Of a DNA stretch of 64,000 nt, positions 35,157 to 49,000 are shown in pieces. The notes under the pieces were generated by a model, which saw nothing but the letters and a program-made list of their open reading frames with translations, did no database searches and was not told the DNA's origin. The position numbers and the translations under genes are program-made. How positions within the stretch are numbered: the first letter of the stretch is position 1; every line of letters begins with the position of its first letter. Source of the DNA: Paragordius varius. Lineage: Eukaryota > Animalia > Nematomorpha. The DNA is taken from NCBI GenBank assembly GCA_964247055.1, contig OZ176051.1, forward strand, positions 5,394,001 through 5,458,000, written 5' to 3'.

Positions 35157-38100
35157 TATTTAATGTATTTTTTGCAAAAGTGTAATTGGTCTTTCATAAA
35201 TAGAACCATTTTTTAGAGGAGAAATATGATACTTTTGGTAATAACAGATTTTTATTTAATCAGTATTTTTTGAGGAAAAATTATGTATAAAGTATATCGT
35301 TCAACGGAGCTTTTAAAATCTTGTGTCAAGAAAGGTCCCACAAAACATTAAAAATGTACATACATGAATCGCCTTACAAGGAAAACTATTAAAAGATAAT
35401 GTATTTAATAATCGATATTATTTTTAAAATTAATTATTAAATTTTTTTAGGGGCCTAGTGACAGCAGATAACTGTCGTAATTTTTGTCAAACGAGACATA
35501 GTTAATGGTATATTGGGGATGGATGAAATTGCGTGAGGACTTACCAGAGAAGGTAGCTAGATTAAGGTAATTTATATAATTCAAAACTTTTAGATTGTGC
35601 CAACAAATTAACTATATTGTTTGAGAAAAGTGAACATCACTGGAAAACACACGATCTTTTTTATTGAAAATAGTTATGGTATAATAATTTTTAATTAACT
35701 TTTAAGCAGCGTTCTTACACGCATCGCTGCAACAAAGTTGGATGTGACGTGGCAGAAACAGTTTTTATCATTTTTAAACAATATTAAAATAGTTGATTTT
35801 TTTTAAATAATTAACGAATTACATATAATCTTCCCATTATCCTGACCATTAAATGGTTTTATATAAAACATTGTCGCTTTTTGGTTGCTGAGCGGGGCTA
35901 AAATTAGGTGCTAATACAAAAATAACGATCTGATCTGTGAATTAAATATATAACATTTGGGTTAAGTTTTCTGGAAATTTTATTGCCATCATATTTGAAA
36001 CTTTAATAAACCTTATTTTTGGATTAGGAGGCGCTATTATGGAATAATTAAAGGAATGCGCTGTGTTAAGCTCGGGACAAAGTTATTAATGGCCATTTAC
36101 ACTAAATCTTAAACCAAATCTTTCTGTACACTTACAAAATGTAGAATGATGGCTTTGAACCGATTTCCAGAAAGTGTGTTAGCCGATATAAAACTATAAA
36201 GAATATTTTTTATAATGCGTTGTGCGTGGTAGAAATACCTTTTGAAAAACTCCCCAAATATTTTTAAATGGGGTTTTTAAAAAAATAAGTTTTCAAAAAT
36301 TGTGTATTGAAAGAAGGCCCATTAAAATTTATAAAAGAAAGTTTCAATAATTAATGCGTCAAACATTGTTGAGATACATTTTCAAATTAGCGCCTGTGTA
36401 AATCCCCCTTTAAATCACGTTCAAATATAATGTCGCCAAAAAAATCAACGATTTATCGGAAAATATATAAGATCAAATGGATCCAGTTTTTTAGGTACTG
36501 TTAAGCAAAAATTTTAGCAAATATTTTTCCGGCAGGTAGGGCCACTCTATTTTAAATAAGCCATAAAAATAATGTAGCTTTAAAGATTTTTAACCTTTAG
36601 CAATATGGCTTTAACAATGGCAAAATTTATAGTAGGTGTTTTTTAATTAGCCGATTTCCATTTAAAAGAAAGTAATTTGTAATTAATTTTTCGAAAATAA
36701 AACCGTTAAATTCAATAATTAATCTTTCTAAACATATTTTTTTCTGTTTGTTGCTGAAAAAATATAATAGCAATTTACTATTAATCGCGTCGACTTCACA
36801 CAGCGAGGCGCAGACTTATATGGTTATTAAAACAAAATCAAAGGATATCCAAAAAACTTTCCGTTATTTAAGTATTGATGTATACTCACAGCTATATTAT
36901 AAATCTAATGTCACTAAACTTTTCTGTATAATTACTAATAATATGCACGATTTTCGTTTGTTTGAAGATCCATTCTAGTGAAAAACTTTTATAACAACCA
37001 TTTTACAATGGTGTTAAAATAAAAAACGGGTTTATATAAGTTATGAAGGAAATATAATATTGGACCCAAAAAAGATTTCTTCGCCCACTATATCTGAAAA
37101 TAGATTTATAATAATTATTTTGGTTTCACCTTTATTTTTTTTCGCGTTTAACCTCTATGTTAATATCGTATCATTATATTACTCAAATATATAAGTGTAA
37201 AGGATAACAAGGTATTATAGCTATAAAAATACTTATTTTCACGATTTGACCTATCAATATGTTTTAGATAAAGTTAATACACTTTATAGTATTCGATTCA
37301 TATGAACGTTTTAAATTATAAAATAAAAAAAATAGATTTTAAATTTAAATAATAACCTTTTGTAATAATTGTAATTCTTCAAATTACTTTTTATTTCCAA
37401 AAACTCAATATTATTATTATTTATTTACTAAACATAAAAATAATTTCCAAAATATTTTATTTTTGGATAAATAAACATTTCAGAGATGATTGTTTGTCGA
37501 AAAAGGTGTAGATATATTTTTAGGCACAAACAAATTATATGATTAAATTAAAATATTAACAAAGTTAAAAAAAAGTTTATTGAAATCCAATGATTTATTT
37601 AATTTGGAATATGTCATTTAAAAAAATACGTAAATTATCAGCTTTTACCCCATCAGAAAAAAACACGGTTTTCTGATCCAATAGTTTTTGGCTTTTTCAT
37701 TTAGTGCCGCTAATATAATTAATATTATAATTCTATCAGGAAAATTTAAATATTAAATCATTACATAGTCACTAAACGTAATAAAAATAAACCCATTTTT
37801 AATCCAGTTTTAAAAAAATTGTATTATGGATGTTTAACAAGTTGGTTTAATGGAAAGCCTAAATAAATTTTTTTGATCCATTTTACAATTTTATTTGTAA
37901 AAACGGTTATGATTTGTAGATAATGATTGATCAAAAATAATAAATATTTCGATCTACCTGAGCTTATTTCAAAAAAATCGCTCTCTCAATGTAAAAAAAG
38001 GAGATAGGGAGATATATAATATAAGCAAGCAAGTTATTTGAGCCATTAAACACCTCTCTCGTGTGTGTTAGAGATGAACAAAACAAATAAAAATTGAAAT

Positions 38101-38578
38101 TGATTAACGAAAACAAAATTGATTTCGTTTTATTTTGTGTATATTATGTTAAATATTTCTGGAAAGCGTGTATACAATAAGCTATAAAAATTGTACGAAT
38201 TGATAAATGAAAAAAAATAAATTTTGGATAGATAATTATATAATGGTACTTTTAATTAGCAACATCAAATTGTGATTTAAACTAAAATTATTAAAATTTA
38301 AGAAAATATCTTTGATTATCTCTCATTATATTTGGTTTAATTAGCTATATTACCTACCTACTATATATAATTGGGTACTCTTAAATATTAAAACAGTTCC
38401 TTATTAAATATACATCTGATTTATCAATGTGATTGAATACGACGCCGGGTATGTTTTAATTAATTTCTTTCATATATATATTTATATAAAGAAAGAAATG
38501 TTTCCTTTGACATAATCCAAATAATACTATCAACTGATTCACAAAAATTATTGTAAAGAGCCTGTTTTGTCTCTAAAG

Positions 38579-38776
38579 CACGGGTACCCTACACGCAATA
38601 TGTATGGCCCGCAGATTTGTCATAATTTGCGAAAATATGCCCACTAAATTTGGGAAAAATTGATATTTCTTAAACATTTTTTGAGTTAGTCTATCAATTT
38701 GTCAAAACCTACTATCCTCCGGTTTTTCTGAGTCAAAAAATGCAGCCCGCGAAGCCGTTTGTGTTAAACACGCCTG
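38579..38776. mobile_element. hAT (Charlie-like) MITE
   Basis: Flanked by 8-bp near-duplicates CTCTAAAG / CTTTAAAG. Ends ..ACACGCCTG with internal GGCCCGC motifs. Related ends lie at about 2981, 30440, 42760 and 42981. Confidence 0.5.
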
Positions 38777-38845
38777 CTTTAAAGCAGCGCTTGTTTATTA
38801 ATTGGAAGACTTATTTATTATCTTAAATTTTTAAATTTTAGGGAT

Positions 38846-38881
<36 letters not shown>

Positions 38882-39445
38882 ATGTATATATTGGAATTAT
38901 CGTTCAAAGTCTAAAAATTCGAAATGCCTTTTTAATGACGGAATAGGAAATTAACTTCAAAAAGGTGGATAATTTTTCGATGAAATCAAGATAAACTACC
39001 AATTTAACAATGTCGACCTTTGGCGAAGGGTTTTAACCTAAAATTTTAATTTACAATCAAAAAGTTTTAAGAGTGTTTTTTATGTTTAATATGAAGAGAC
39101 ATTCTTATCCTTTTAATTTTTTAAAGTTTGTTTGACCAGAATAAGAGAGTGTGACGATGAATGAGTATCGCGCCTCTTTATTTTTGATATAATTAGATAA
39201 TACTACTACCTCCGAATCACGATTATTTTGAGACGATATTAGGTAAAGAAACAGGTATATAATTAAAATAATGAAATTCATTCAAAGTTCAAAGCATTTT
39301 ACACCATGAAAAAAAACGTTTTATAATATGTATCGATATAAATTAGGACTATTTTTAAATATATATTTTAGATAGTTTTGATAATCATTCTATTTGTGTT
39401 TTAAGCAGAATGGAAAAGCCCTAGTCTCATTTCTAAAAGCCTAAT

Positions 39446-42166
39446 ATGGAAGAAGAGTCTGAAGAATCCTCTTTTTCTTGTGACTTTTCCAATGATCAAA
39501 ATGTAAATCATATTCAATCATCCCTAAATAATAGCGTATCGTTTTCTAAAGAATTAAACCAAAGTCCTTCATCTAATGAAATTGTGGATGGATGTAAAAA
39601 TGTAGATAATATGTGCGATAAATCCAATAATTCTTGTGCAGTTAATAATCAAGAAAGACCAGAAGAAGAATACGACACATTGGATGAAGCATCACCTCAT
39701 AACATCAATCAATTAAATGCAAATTCATGTAATATAGTACCCGAAATTACCGATTACACTGTTTCCATATCCCCCCAAATAGACTATAAAACCAACCCAT
39801 ACAACATAGAAAATTTGTCCGTTTCCAACGATATTTTCAACATACATACGAAAGATCCTGTTGAAACTCAGGATAATTCTATGAATTCATCCAAAATTTC
39901 TGTAATGAACACAGACACATATTTTCTTGATATTCAATATTCCGAGGCGAATCCGCTCATACAATCCGATGAATTTTTAGGACATCAATGTGATTTTCTT
40001 ATCCCCATATCAGACCCTACTGACACATCAATCAACAACACAAATCATACGAAAAATGGCAGCATAGATGATCAATGTAAAAAGATGTTTAACCAATTGC
40101 TAAGTATAACAAATCAATCCTGCCCTATGAACGAAGAAAATCATTTTCCTGAAGATAATGGGCCACTAATTTTTTCAAAGACACAATTTGAAACACACAG
40201 TCCACCACAATTACTTAGCCCCGATTTATCACATATTCAACCTATGGAAGGCAGTATAGCCGGTGTATTTAATGAGAACAATGAAATAAATTTTGATCAG
40301 CGCGTTTTGAATAATGAATTTTATGATAAAAATAATTATGAAAAAGGAGGGGAACCCATAAAACAATTACATGTAAACGATGTATTATTCAATGAAACGG
40401 TTGATGGCGTAAGATCTCCAAAAAATAATTTATTCCCTGCAAACACAGATTGTGATCATGCGCACAAATACAATGTTTTTAGCAATCACAATGATTCCAA
40501 TCATTTATCGACGGAAAACTGTTCTAAGGGTTGGAATATCTTTGAACCATCTCCGTATTTAGATATGCTTTTAGGGTTACCGGCACAACATTCCTCAAAA
40601 GTGATTACGCCATTCATATACAATTCCGAACCTTATTCATCTTCTCAACTCATTTGTCCAAACCTAATTTCTGTCACATCTCAAGACGAATTATCAGTAC
40701 CTTCATACACACCTTTTGGACCACCTAATAATGATACTTTTGAATCAAATATTGATGCAAATTCCATATCGAATATATCCTTAAATCTTCCAAATAGTGC
40801 TACAGTCTTATCAGAGTTGGGTAAAAACTCAGTAATTGAAAATAATAACTCTTTGCCAATATCCATAAACCAAAGATTATTGCCAATGATGAATTCGGAT
40901 AATTCGACCCCCTTTAATATATCTTCAAGTAACAACATCCTAAGTAATCTAAAAGACCAATATAAAATTGTCAATCACACAAACATTAATAAAGGCGAAA
41001 ATTTGAATCCAGACACGGATTTTAATGATTTTGTTGATAGAAATGTTGATAAGTTTTCTGATGGCGATGGCGGTGATATTGAGGATAGCAGCGAAACTGA
41101 AAATCCATACAAAAATGATCTCTTTCTCCAAAATTATAGAATTCCCCCATCTAAGAACAACCGCATAAAAAATAATCAAAAAATTGGAAAATCTTTAAAT
41201 AATAATAATAAGGTCGTAACTAACAACACAAATAAAAATATAAATTATCCCAAGTATTTCCAAAATAACAGCCAAAATTTTACAACGCACAATAATAACA
41301 TTAATAAGTTAACTAATTTGGCATCCTATAATATGGTAAACTGTATCAAAGTTGGATCAGAAAGCTTGAACCAAACTCAAACAATAATTATCCAAGATGA
41401 TACCGAAAAAATTAAGCATTATGAAGAGGATACTATCACGTCTCCAAAAGATCATTTTTATAATCATAATGTAATTATCAATGATAACCAGGTGCCATCA
41501 AATAATTACAATCAGTACGGTGAAGAAGGCGGTTCCTCATCCTTTTCATCATCGTTTTACGATTCACCCGCCACTGGAAAATTACATGATTTGGTAGGAG
41601 GCAGTACTGATCCACATGCATCCGAAAATTGTTTAATAAATATTGCATTGTCAACCGATAATTCAATAAATAACCTTTCGAATCGATGCTTGTTTCGAAC
41701 AAATATCAATCACGCGGAAGCAAAAAATGACCCCCACCAATTCAGAAATAATTTTGCCGGTGGTGGTACGAATATGTGTTACACAGCCACATATAATGAA
41801 AATAATTACCGGAAAGAATACAATAATAATCCTGAAAGTATAAATAGCAGTTTGGACAATACAGAATATCTGGGACCTGCAATCACCGACAAAGAACTCA
41901 TTAATATAACTGTAAGAGATTTAAATCAACGATTACACGGTAAATCGAGAGAAGAAATCAATATATTTAAACAGAAACGGCGAACGCTCAAAAATCGGTG
42001 TTATGCTCAAAGTAGTCGACTAAGACGAATGAAAATGAAAAAGGACCTAGAAACGCGAAATCAACTTTTGCTCCAGGAAACTAAAATGTTAAAATCAGAA
42101 ATCGAGGTTCTTAGAAGCGAGCTAGCCTATTATAAAAACCGTTACTTCCAAGATGTAAATAAATAG
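39446..42166 (+). CDS. MAF: Large Maf-type bZIP transcription factor (traffic jam/MAFB-like), single 906-aa ORF
   Basis: The C-terminus [79 protein letters not shown] is the Maf extended homology region, basic region and zipper. YAQS is the large-Maf type. An in-frame TAA lies just upstream of the ATG. Confidence 0.93.
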   Translation: MEEESEESSFSCDFSNDQNVNHIQSSLNNSVSFSKELNQSPSSNEIVDGCKNVDNMCDKSNNSCAVNNQERPEEEYDTLDEASPHNINQLNANSCNIVPEITDYTVSISPQIDYKTNPYNIENLSVSNDIFNIHTKDPVETQDNSMNSSKISVMNTDTYFLDIQYSEANPLIQSDEFLGHQCDFLIPISDPTDTSINNTNHTKNGSIDDQCKKMFNQLLSITNQSCPMNEENHFPEDNGPLIFSKTQFETHSPPQLLSPDLSHIQPMEGSIAGVFNENNEINFDQRVLNNEFYDKNNYEKGGEPIKQLHVNDVLFNETVDGVRSPKNNLFPANTDCDHAHKYNVFSNHNDSNHLSTENCSKGWNIFEPSPYLDMLLGLPAQHSSKVITPFIYNSEPYSSSQLICPNLISVTSQDELSVPSYTPFGPPNNDTFESNIDANSISNISLNLPNSATVLSELGKNSVIENNNSLPISINQRLLPMMNSDNSTPFNISSSNNILSNLKDQYKIVNHTNINKGENLNPDTDFNDFVDRNVDKFSDGDGGDIEDSSETENPYKNDLFLQNYRIPPSKNNRIKNNQKIGKSLNNNNKVVTNNTNKNINYPKYFQNNSQNFTTHNNNINKLTNLASYNMVNCIKVGSESLNQTQTIIIQDDTEKIKHYEEDTITSPKDHFYNHNVIINDNQVPSNNYNQYGEEGGSSSFSSSFYDSPATGKLHDLVGGSTDPHASENCLINIALSTDNSINNLSNRCLFRTNINHAEAKNDPHQFRNNFAGGGTNMCYTATYNENNYRKEYNNNPESINSSLDNTEYLGPAITDKELINITVRDLNQRLHGKSREEINIFKQKRRTLKNRCYAQSSRLRRMKMKKDLETRNQLLLQETKMLKSEIEVLRSELAYYKNRYFQDVNK

Positions 42167-42980
42167 CAGTTGTTTTTACGCATTTTATGCATTTTGATAT
42201 ATTTTTATTAATTTTTGTTATATATTTACGATAACTATTTATAATTTAATAATTATGAAAGACAACCTATGCATTCACCCAATTAAGATTTGCTCAATAA
42301 ATATATGTGATTTTATTACTAAACCATTATTATCTATGTAATTATTTGTTAAAATTTTAAAATTATGGCATTAAGGAAAATCGATTTCAAAATCTGAGTA
42401 AATGGAAGTTACGTCGCCTTTGAGAATGAAGGCCTATAGTTGATTTTAGAGAAACAAACGGTAAATATTAAATTATGGTTCATTTAGCTTTAAATTAAGG
42501 GTATTTAACACGTGGCCCGTGAAAAATTTTATCACAATTTGCATAAATATGATGATAAAATCTTAATAAAATTTATATTTCTTAAATTTTTTTTAATACG
42601 TCTATCCAATTGGCAAGAACTAGACAAAATTATATTGTGATTGCATTTTACAATCTTATGTTTAAAATCGAATAAATTATTTATATATATTTCAGATGCG
42701 GCCCGCTGGTTTATTTGAGTCAAAAATGCCGACCGCAAAACCATTAGTTCCGGACATCGTTGCTTATTAAAATTAAAACATCTAAAATGCAAAATTCGAG
42801 TTATTTAAAATATTGTACTAATATTTTAAGGGTTTTTACGATGTAGAAGTCGACGATAAAGAATATTCGCAATAAAACCTCAGTTTGAAACAAACACATA
42901 TGATTAACTTGTGCGGTTCTGATATGGATAATAGATATTATTATACATTTAGATAAAAATATTTTGGGAATTTTTTAGAG

Positions 42981-43250
42981 CATGGATGTCCAAGAATAAT
43001 AGCTTCACGGGCCGCATTTTCGCGGTTAAATAATCCGACGGACTGCATTCGCAAAATATGTGGGCATTTACAAATTAGATTTAAAATATAAAGCTATAAA
43101 ATATACTAATTATTTTAATATTTTTTGTTAGTTCATTGCCAAATTTGGTTTAGGAAGTTTGTTTAACAGAATGAGTTTTACTTAGATTTCGTATAATTTT
43201 GTAATTGAAACTTCTCGTGGGCCGTAGAGACATTTTGGGGCCGCATGCGG
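42981..43250. mobile_element. hAT-like MITE, related to 38579-38776
   Basis: Starts CATGGATGTCCAA after TTTTAGAG, with CGGGCCGCA/GGGCCG motifs. The right end is unclear. Confidence 0.4.
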
Positions 43251-44786
43251 CTCTAAAATTGATTTTTTATGGCCCTAGAATATTTATTATATTTTGATAT
43301 ACCTATTTGGAGTTAAATATCTGCAAATATACTAGGCTATACATTGGAATATTTTTTTAGTCTTTTGATTTTTTTGGTGAGTACCACTGGTATAAACTGT
43401 ATATTTTTAAATTTTTATGTATAATAATTTTTAATTAAATAAATATACACTTTTATTTGCAAAAACTGAAAATTGCAATCAATGCTCAAAAATAATTATA
43501 TTTAAGCTGCTGCCAATTATCCAAAAAATTAATTTTCTTGCTAAATAGGTGGACCTATAATTTCCACACTAGAGGCTAGTATATCATCAATGCCACCTTC
43601 AGTTAGGGAGCTATACGACTAACCTTTTGATGGTTTTAATTTAAAAAACAGATCGGTTATAAAGCCAGGTAATTTATTATACGAAAGAAAGTAATTATTG
43701 AAAATAAAAAGGCCGTAACACTTCTAGTACAACAAGTTATAAATGCCACAATCGCAAATATATGTTACATATGGATAAATATATTTTATAATGGTAATAT
43801 ATGCAAATAAAATTGTTGTATCAAGAAATAAATATTATCAAAGGAGCGATTATTAATTTAGCATATATGCTTATTAGTAGCGAAACTCTAGATTAATAAA
43901 TGTTGTTCCGATCCAATTAACTGTTTCGGCATTCAAGAATAGGTTGATTTGCTTTTAAACACAAGAATTACAGAATTTTGTTTTATTATAAAATAATTTT
44001 AACAGATAATCAAAATTGTTCTTTGGGTATCCGATTCTATCTAGCAGATTCTCCATACCAGGAGCCTAGTAAGGATATCTTAAAGTGTGTGTGTATATAA
44101 CCTCGGGCACTATAAATTAAGGGGTGCCGAATTTTAAAATCTAATTTAAGCTTATGTTCGTTTTTTAACACCCATCATTTAGAAACTGAAATTAAAAACT
44201 CTCGATTAAACCCTAAAAAATATCTTTTAGGTCCATTTACTTATGATATTATTTGTCTATGTTATCACGTGATGGCTGAAAACCAAAATGTGAGTTTTTA
44301 AATAGTTAAAGGTGAACGCTTCTAAGATAATGGAGAATATGCTTATAATTGGTAAAGGCACAGAAAGTGGCATACACAATAGTTGGTTAAACAATATTGA
44401 AATACCACATAAAATCTAAATTATTTATAATATATTTGTTTGTTCCCATGTGAATAGTGTAAAGTAATCAGACTTACATTTGCGAGTAATGTTGATTGGG
44501 AAAATGTGTATAATAAAAACTATTTATTCAGTAACATATGGTTAAATTTGTCATATTATAGCGGTCAGAGGAGTCACGGAAATATACATGTCTTTGCCAT
44601 ATGATTTTATTTAAGAAACTCTTATTCACTAAATATTAGTAACTAAATACTTTGATTATCTCTTATTAGTAATTATAGAAACCAAAATTTAGACCACCAA
44701 GATATTGGGACCAATATATTTACTTTCCTGAGATAAAATTTGAGGTAGGACAATATTAAACCTATATAATTTTATTCTTTACCGAA

Positions 44787-44790
<4 letters not shown>

Positions 44791-44853
<63 letters not shown>
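44791..44853. repeat. (TA)n microsatellite, longest in the window
   Basis: Direct reading. Confidence 0.95.
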
Positions 44854-44856
<3 letters not shown>

Positions 44857-46018
44857 GATTTTAGAAAATATATTTTATTAAGTTATTATGATATGTATCA
44901 ACCCATAAAAATTATATTCCACAAAAAATATTCTTATATGACAAGGCCTGAATTATGTTATAAACTCATTCCCCATTATATAATTTTATATAGACAGCTA
45001 TCAACTCGTTTAAAAACTGATCCCCTATATACTTTTACCAGTTAATTTTTATAACTAGAATTATTACATATAACTAAAAATATATTATTTTATTAAGTAA
45101 CATTGTAATTTAAGTTCATTCCGCATGTATACTAAAGGTTCATTTTTTATCATGAACTTTCACATTTTAACCATAAAATAATTGTTTTTAATCTAATTAG
45201 TTAGATGGATGGTATGCTCTGAAATGCTGTAAAGCGGTTAACGCAAAATAATTTTAAATAATTAGATATTGGTAAACTAATATTGATTCCAATAGGACCT
45301 GATAATAATATGGAATGCAATAATTATTTTAATTATAAATAAGATTAAAAAATTATAAAAAAATAAATAACTGTATTTTTGACATTGTGCGACACAAATT
45401 TGGGTCAAAAAATAAATACATGCGATAGCTAGAAACCTCAGGATAATGAATATTGATATAATAAATGTGGTTAAAATATTAGAAAAATAATTAATTTGAT
45501 TTTACTCTAATTACCCCAAATTAAAAATCGCATTTTCATCGTACATTAGGCCAAATAAAATAAGTACAATAGAGGGAAACGCGTTAACTAGATTTTAGTT
45601 ATCAATATGTGTCATAAATCATAAACGGAAAAGGTTAATGATAAGAAATACTCAGAACATCCTTGAAAGACTTACAAATTAAAGCTACAGTAAAGTTTAA
45701 GGCTTTATTATATAAAATTATTTATTTAATGATGATTGGTTGTGACCATGTTAAAAATGGAACGGTACAATAACCATTATAAATTTACTACTTTTCGAAT
45801 GATTATTGTAAAAATAAATACACATACAATGATTTGTTCATAAAAAATGATTTAAATAAAAATATATTATTGTCGTCAAGAAATAATCTAAATAAAAATT
45901 TTGAAAAAAATGGAAAAAAATAAATGCAAATGCCATGAACAAATGCCATATATTAACATCGTTATAGAGATAAAAACAGAGTATTATTAAATGCAAATTA
46001 TCAAAAATTGGGATGAAA

Positions 46019-49000
46019 TTATTTTTTAATAGGAGGAGGGCCTTTAATTTTGGACGATTGCGCATAATTTTGATTGGAATTATTAATACATGTGTTATTG
46101 AACGAAGTTTTCAGAAATTTACCAGGGGTATGATTAGAGCCTCCATTTATATTTTGTTTAATTTTAGTGCCATTAGAGGAAAATAGCGTTAAAGGAGAAG
46201 GGGATATTCTGTGTTTTGACATTATTAAACTGTTATTATTATTCGGCAATAGAGTAGTAGTATTTGTTTCATGCGAAGAAAGAGGAGTTGGCGATGATTT
46301 TAATTGTTGATTATTAAAAGTATTAAAAGATGTCGGGCTAGGTGATTTGCAATTAGTAGCTATGGCTTTAACACTACTTTTGCTTGCGAGATTAGTGGGT
46401 AATATTTGATGATTGTTTGAGCCAGTTCCAAAGCCATTATTACAAATTTTATTACTAAAATTGTTTTTGTAATTATAATGACTTATAGCATTTGGTGGTG
46501 ATGTACAGGAACTTAAATTAAAGGTTGGATTATCAAAAGCCCCCTCCGCCTCTACTGTAACAGCGTTAGGATGTTTAGTTTCGACGTGAGAATTTTTGAC
46601 TGAAACTGATAACATACTCCCTGATAAAGATGAGCACCTTGTTGTAGTATAGCTATTGCATGATGAAGATGAAAATATGATGGATTTATTGTTTGCAGAG
46701 GGGAAACATTTAGAATTGGTACTGATTATTAATAAATTTCCAATATGTTTGCTATTTGACATTTTTGGCGATTGACAGGTTTTTGTCATACCAACATTAC
46801 TAACGCTTGAAATATTATTTTGGGTAGTACCACTTAAATTTAATAAACTACTCGTTTTGCTATGAGAGTTAATATGCGATGATGTAATAGCAGATACTTT
46901 GGACTCGAGTTTAATATTAACCGAACTGTTTAGTTGGTTAATATTATTTGGATTCGATAAATTAGATTTAGCAGTAGTCGTTGTTAATTGAGTCAATATA
47001 GATAAAATGCGTGAATTTATTTCGGGGCGTCCCTCAATAATAAGCTCTTGAATGTTGTTAGTACAATCAATAATCTATTACAAAAAAGATATATATATAT
47101 ATAAAATAGTATCAAGGTTAAAACAATAAAATTACAATGCCTAACTAAAGAAGGACGCCACCAAAATATACTTAATATATAAAATATAAATGTCGAAATA
47201 TATGATAAAATATATGGGTGGGAATGAGCTTAAACATGCATTGACAAGTTGTATTGTAAAATTTGACATAATTCGTGTTAATGATTAGTATACAATATGT
47301 GGTTTATAATAACCCAAGTAAAAACATGTTAAAATTAGCAATAAAACACATAAAATGGTAATGAAATGATCCCTAAAATCACTACAAGCCAAAGGATTAA
47401 AAGTTTGAGCAAAATGCTTAGTTTGTTTTGGTGGGTCATTACATAAAAAGTATAACTCTAAATTTTTTAAAATATCATATATTATTGGAATTGTAGTATT
47501 CCAAACTGTTTGAGAACCGTTATCACATAATAATGCCTCCAAATTGTTGTCAAAACTCTGAATAATTATCAAAAAAATATATTTTTTGATCATTTATTCA
47601 TCAATTGGCAAATGAAAGCGATTTTTAATTTAGTAAAAAATAATATAAATTTTATTTAAATAAAAATTATTATTGCTATATAGTTAAAATTTCTTATTAA
47701 ATATCAATTATATATCATCTAAAATACAGCTTTACGAAAATTATTTATTGCAGAAAGAGCCACTTAAAATGTGATCAAATCATTTTTTTAATGCAAAAAT
47801 AAACTTGTAAAACAATTAATTACTTCAGGTATTTGCAATTGTTTACAGGCACCAATAAAATTATCCACGTTTCTTCGACATTTAGCCATCGGTAACTTTG
47901 GCTATTTATTATTAAATGTAATAAAAGATTATTAAAATATAAATAAAGCTTTTTATACGGACAAAACGTAAAAATATATAAAGACAAACATTTTTTTTCT
48001 AAAACCATACTTTGCATCTTGATTTTTTTCAATATAACTAATTGTTTAAAATGACAAAATATGAAATAGAAATATCTATTACTAACAAAATCAATTCTAT
48101 AGTTTACATTTGTAACAAAATAGCTTATATGGGAAGATTAAGGTTTTAAAAACTATGGTTGTCTTTTAGATAAAAATATTTGTCTTTATATTATCACGTT
48201 TTGTCCGTATAATTTCATTTTTTTACTGTATATGCAATATAATAATATTGATTAAATAAATATATTCATTCGGGTGCATAACTATTTTAGCTGTAGCCTG
48301 GAATCAAAAGAGACTTGATATAAATTGCATGTAATAAACAAAATAATATGAAAAAAATTAACGAGCTAGTATTTTTATGGATTGTTTTTTCTTTTGAAAT
48401 TTGTTTAAACCTAAATTAAAAAGATCAAAATGCTCTATACCATAGTTTTTGATGGCACATGTATGGTTAAGATTGAGTGCGGACGTATCACATTAAAATA
48501 TTGACAAAGGTAAACACCATCACTAAGTTGTTGAATAATATCACGATCGTTCGGTAGAGTTATCTTTAAACGATTCTCAATCATCTAAATAAAAAATTTT
48601 TTTAAAGTTAAAATATAACAGACATTATTTAAATTTAAAGCGTAAATGTATAAAGTAAAAGACTGTTTTTACTCATAAAAAGCATCAACTTTAAAAATTT
48701 AAGCAATGTTAACGTTAAAAATCAATTGGAGTCTATAAGATTGGGATTATAAATATTGGGGCAAGATACTCGTTTTGGCTAAAACAAAAAAAATAGTTAA
48801 AATTCCGAAATAATTTCATTTTGCTTTTTAGTGTTGCGGTTCCATTATTTATAAAACAACTTTTCATTTAAATATTTTTTGCCTCATAAAAATGTTATGG
48901 ATAAAATAGAATCTTGAGATTTTATATAGTTAAAACAAGACCCAAAAGCATTTATTGTAAGGGAATAAAATACCTCTTTCAACTTCAAAGCTATTTTACG

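Noticed and set aside
40681-41702. Antisense ORFs within Maf, LRCH and the RTE (e.g. 40681-40974, 45838-46065, 57140-57349)
   Set aside because: They are shadows of the coding strand with no independent motifs.
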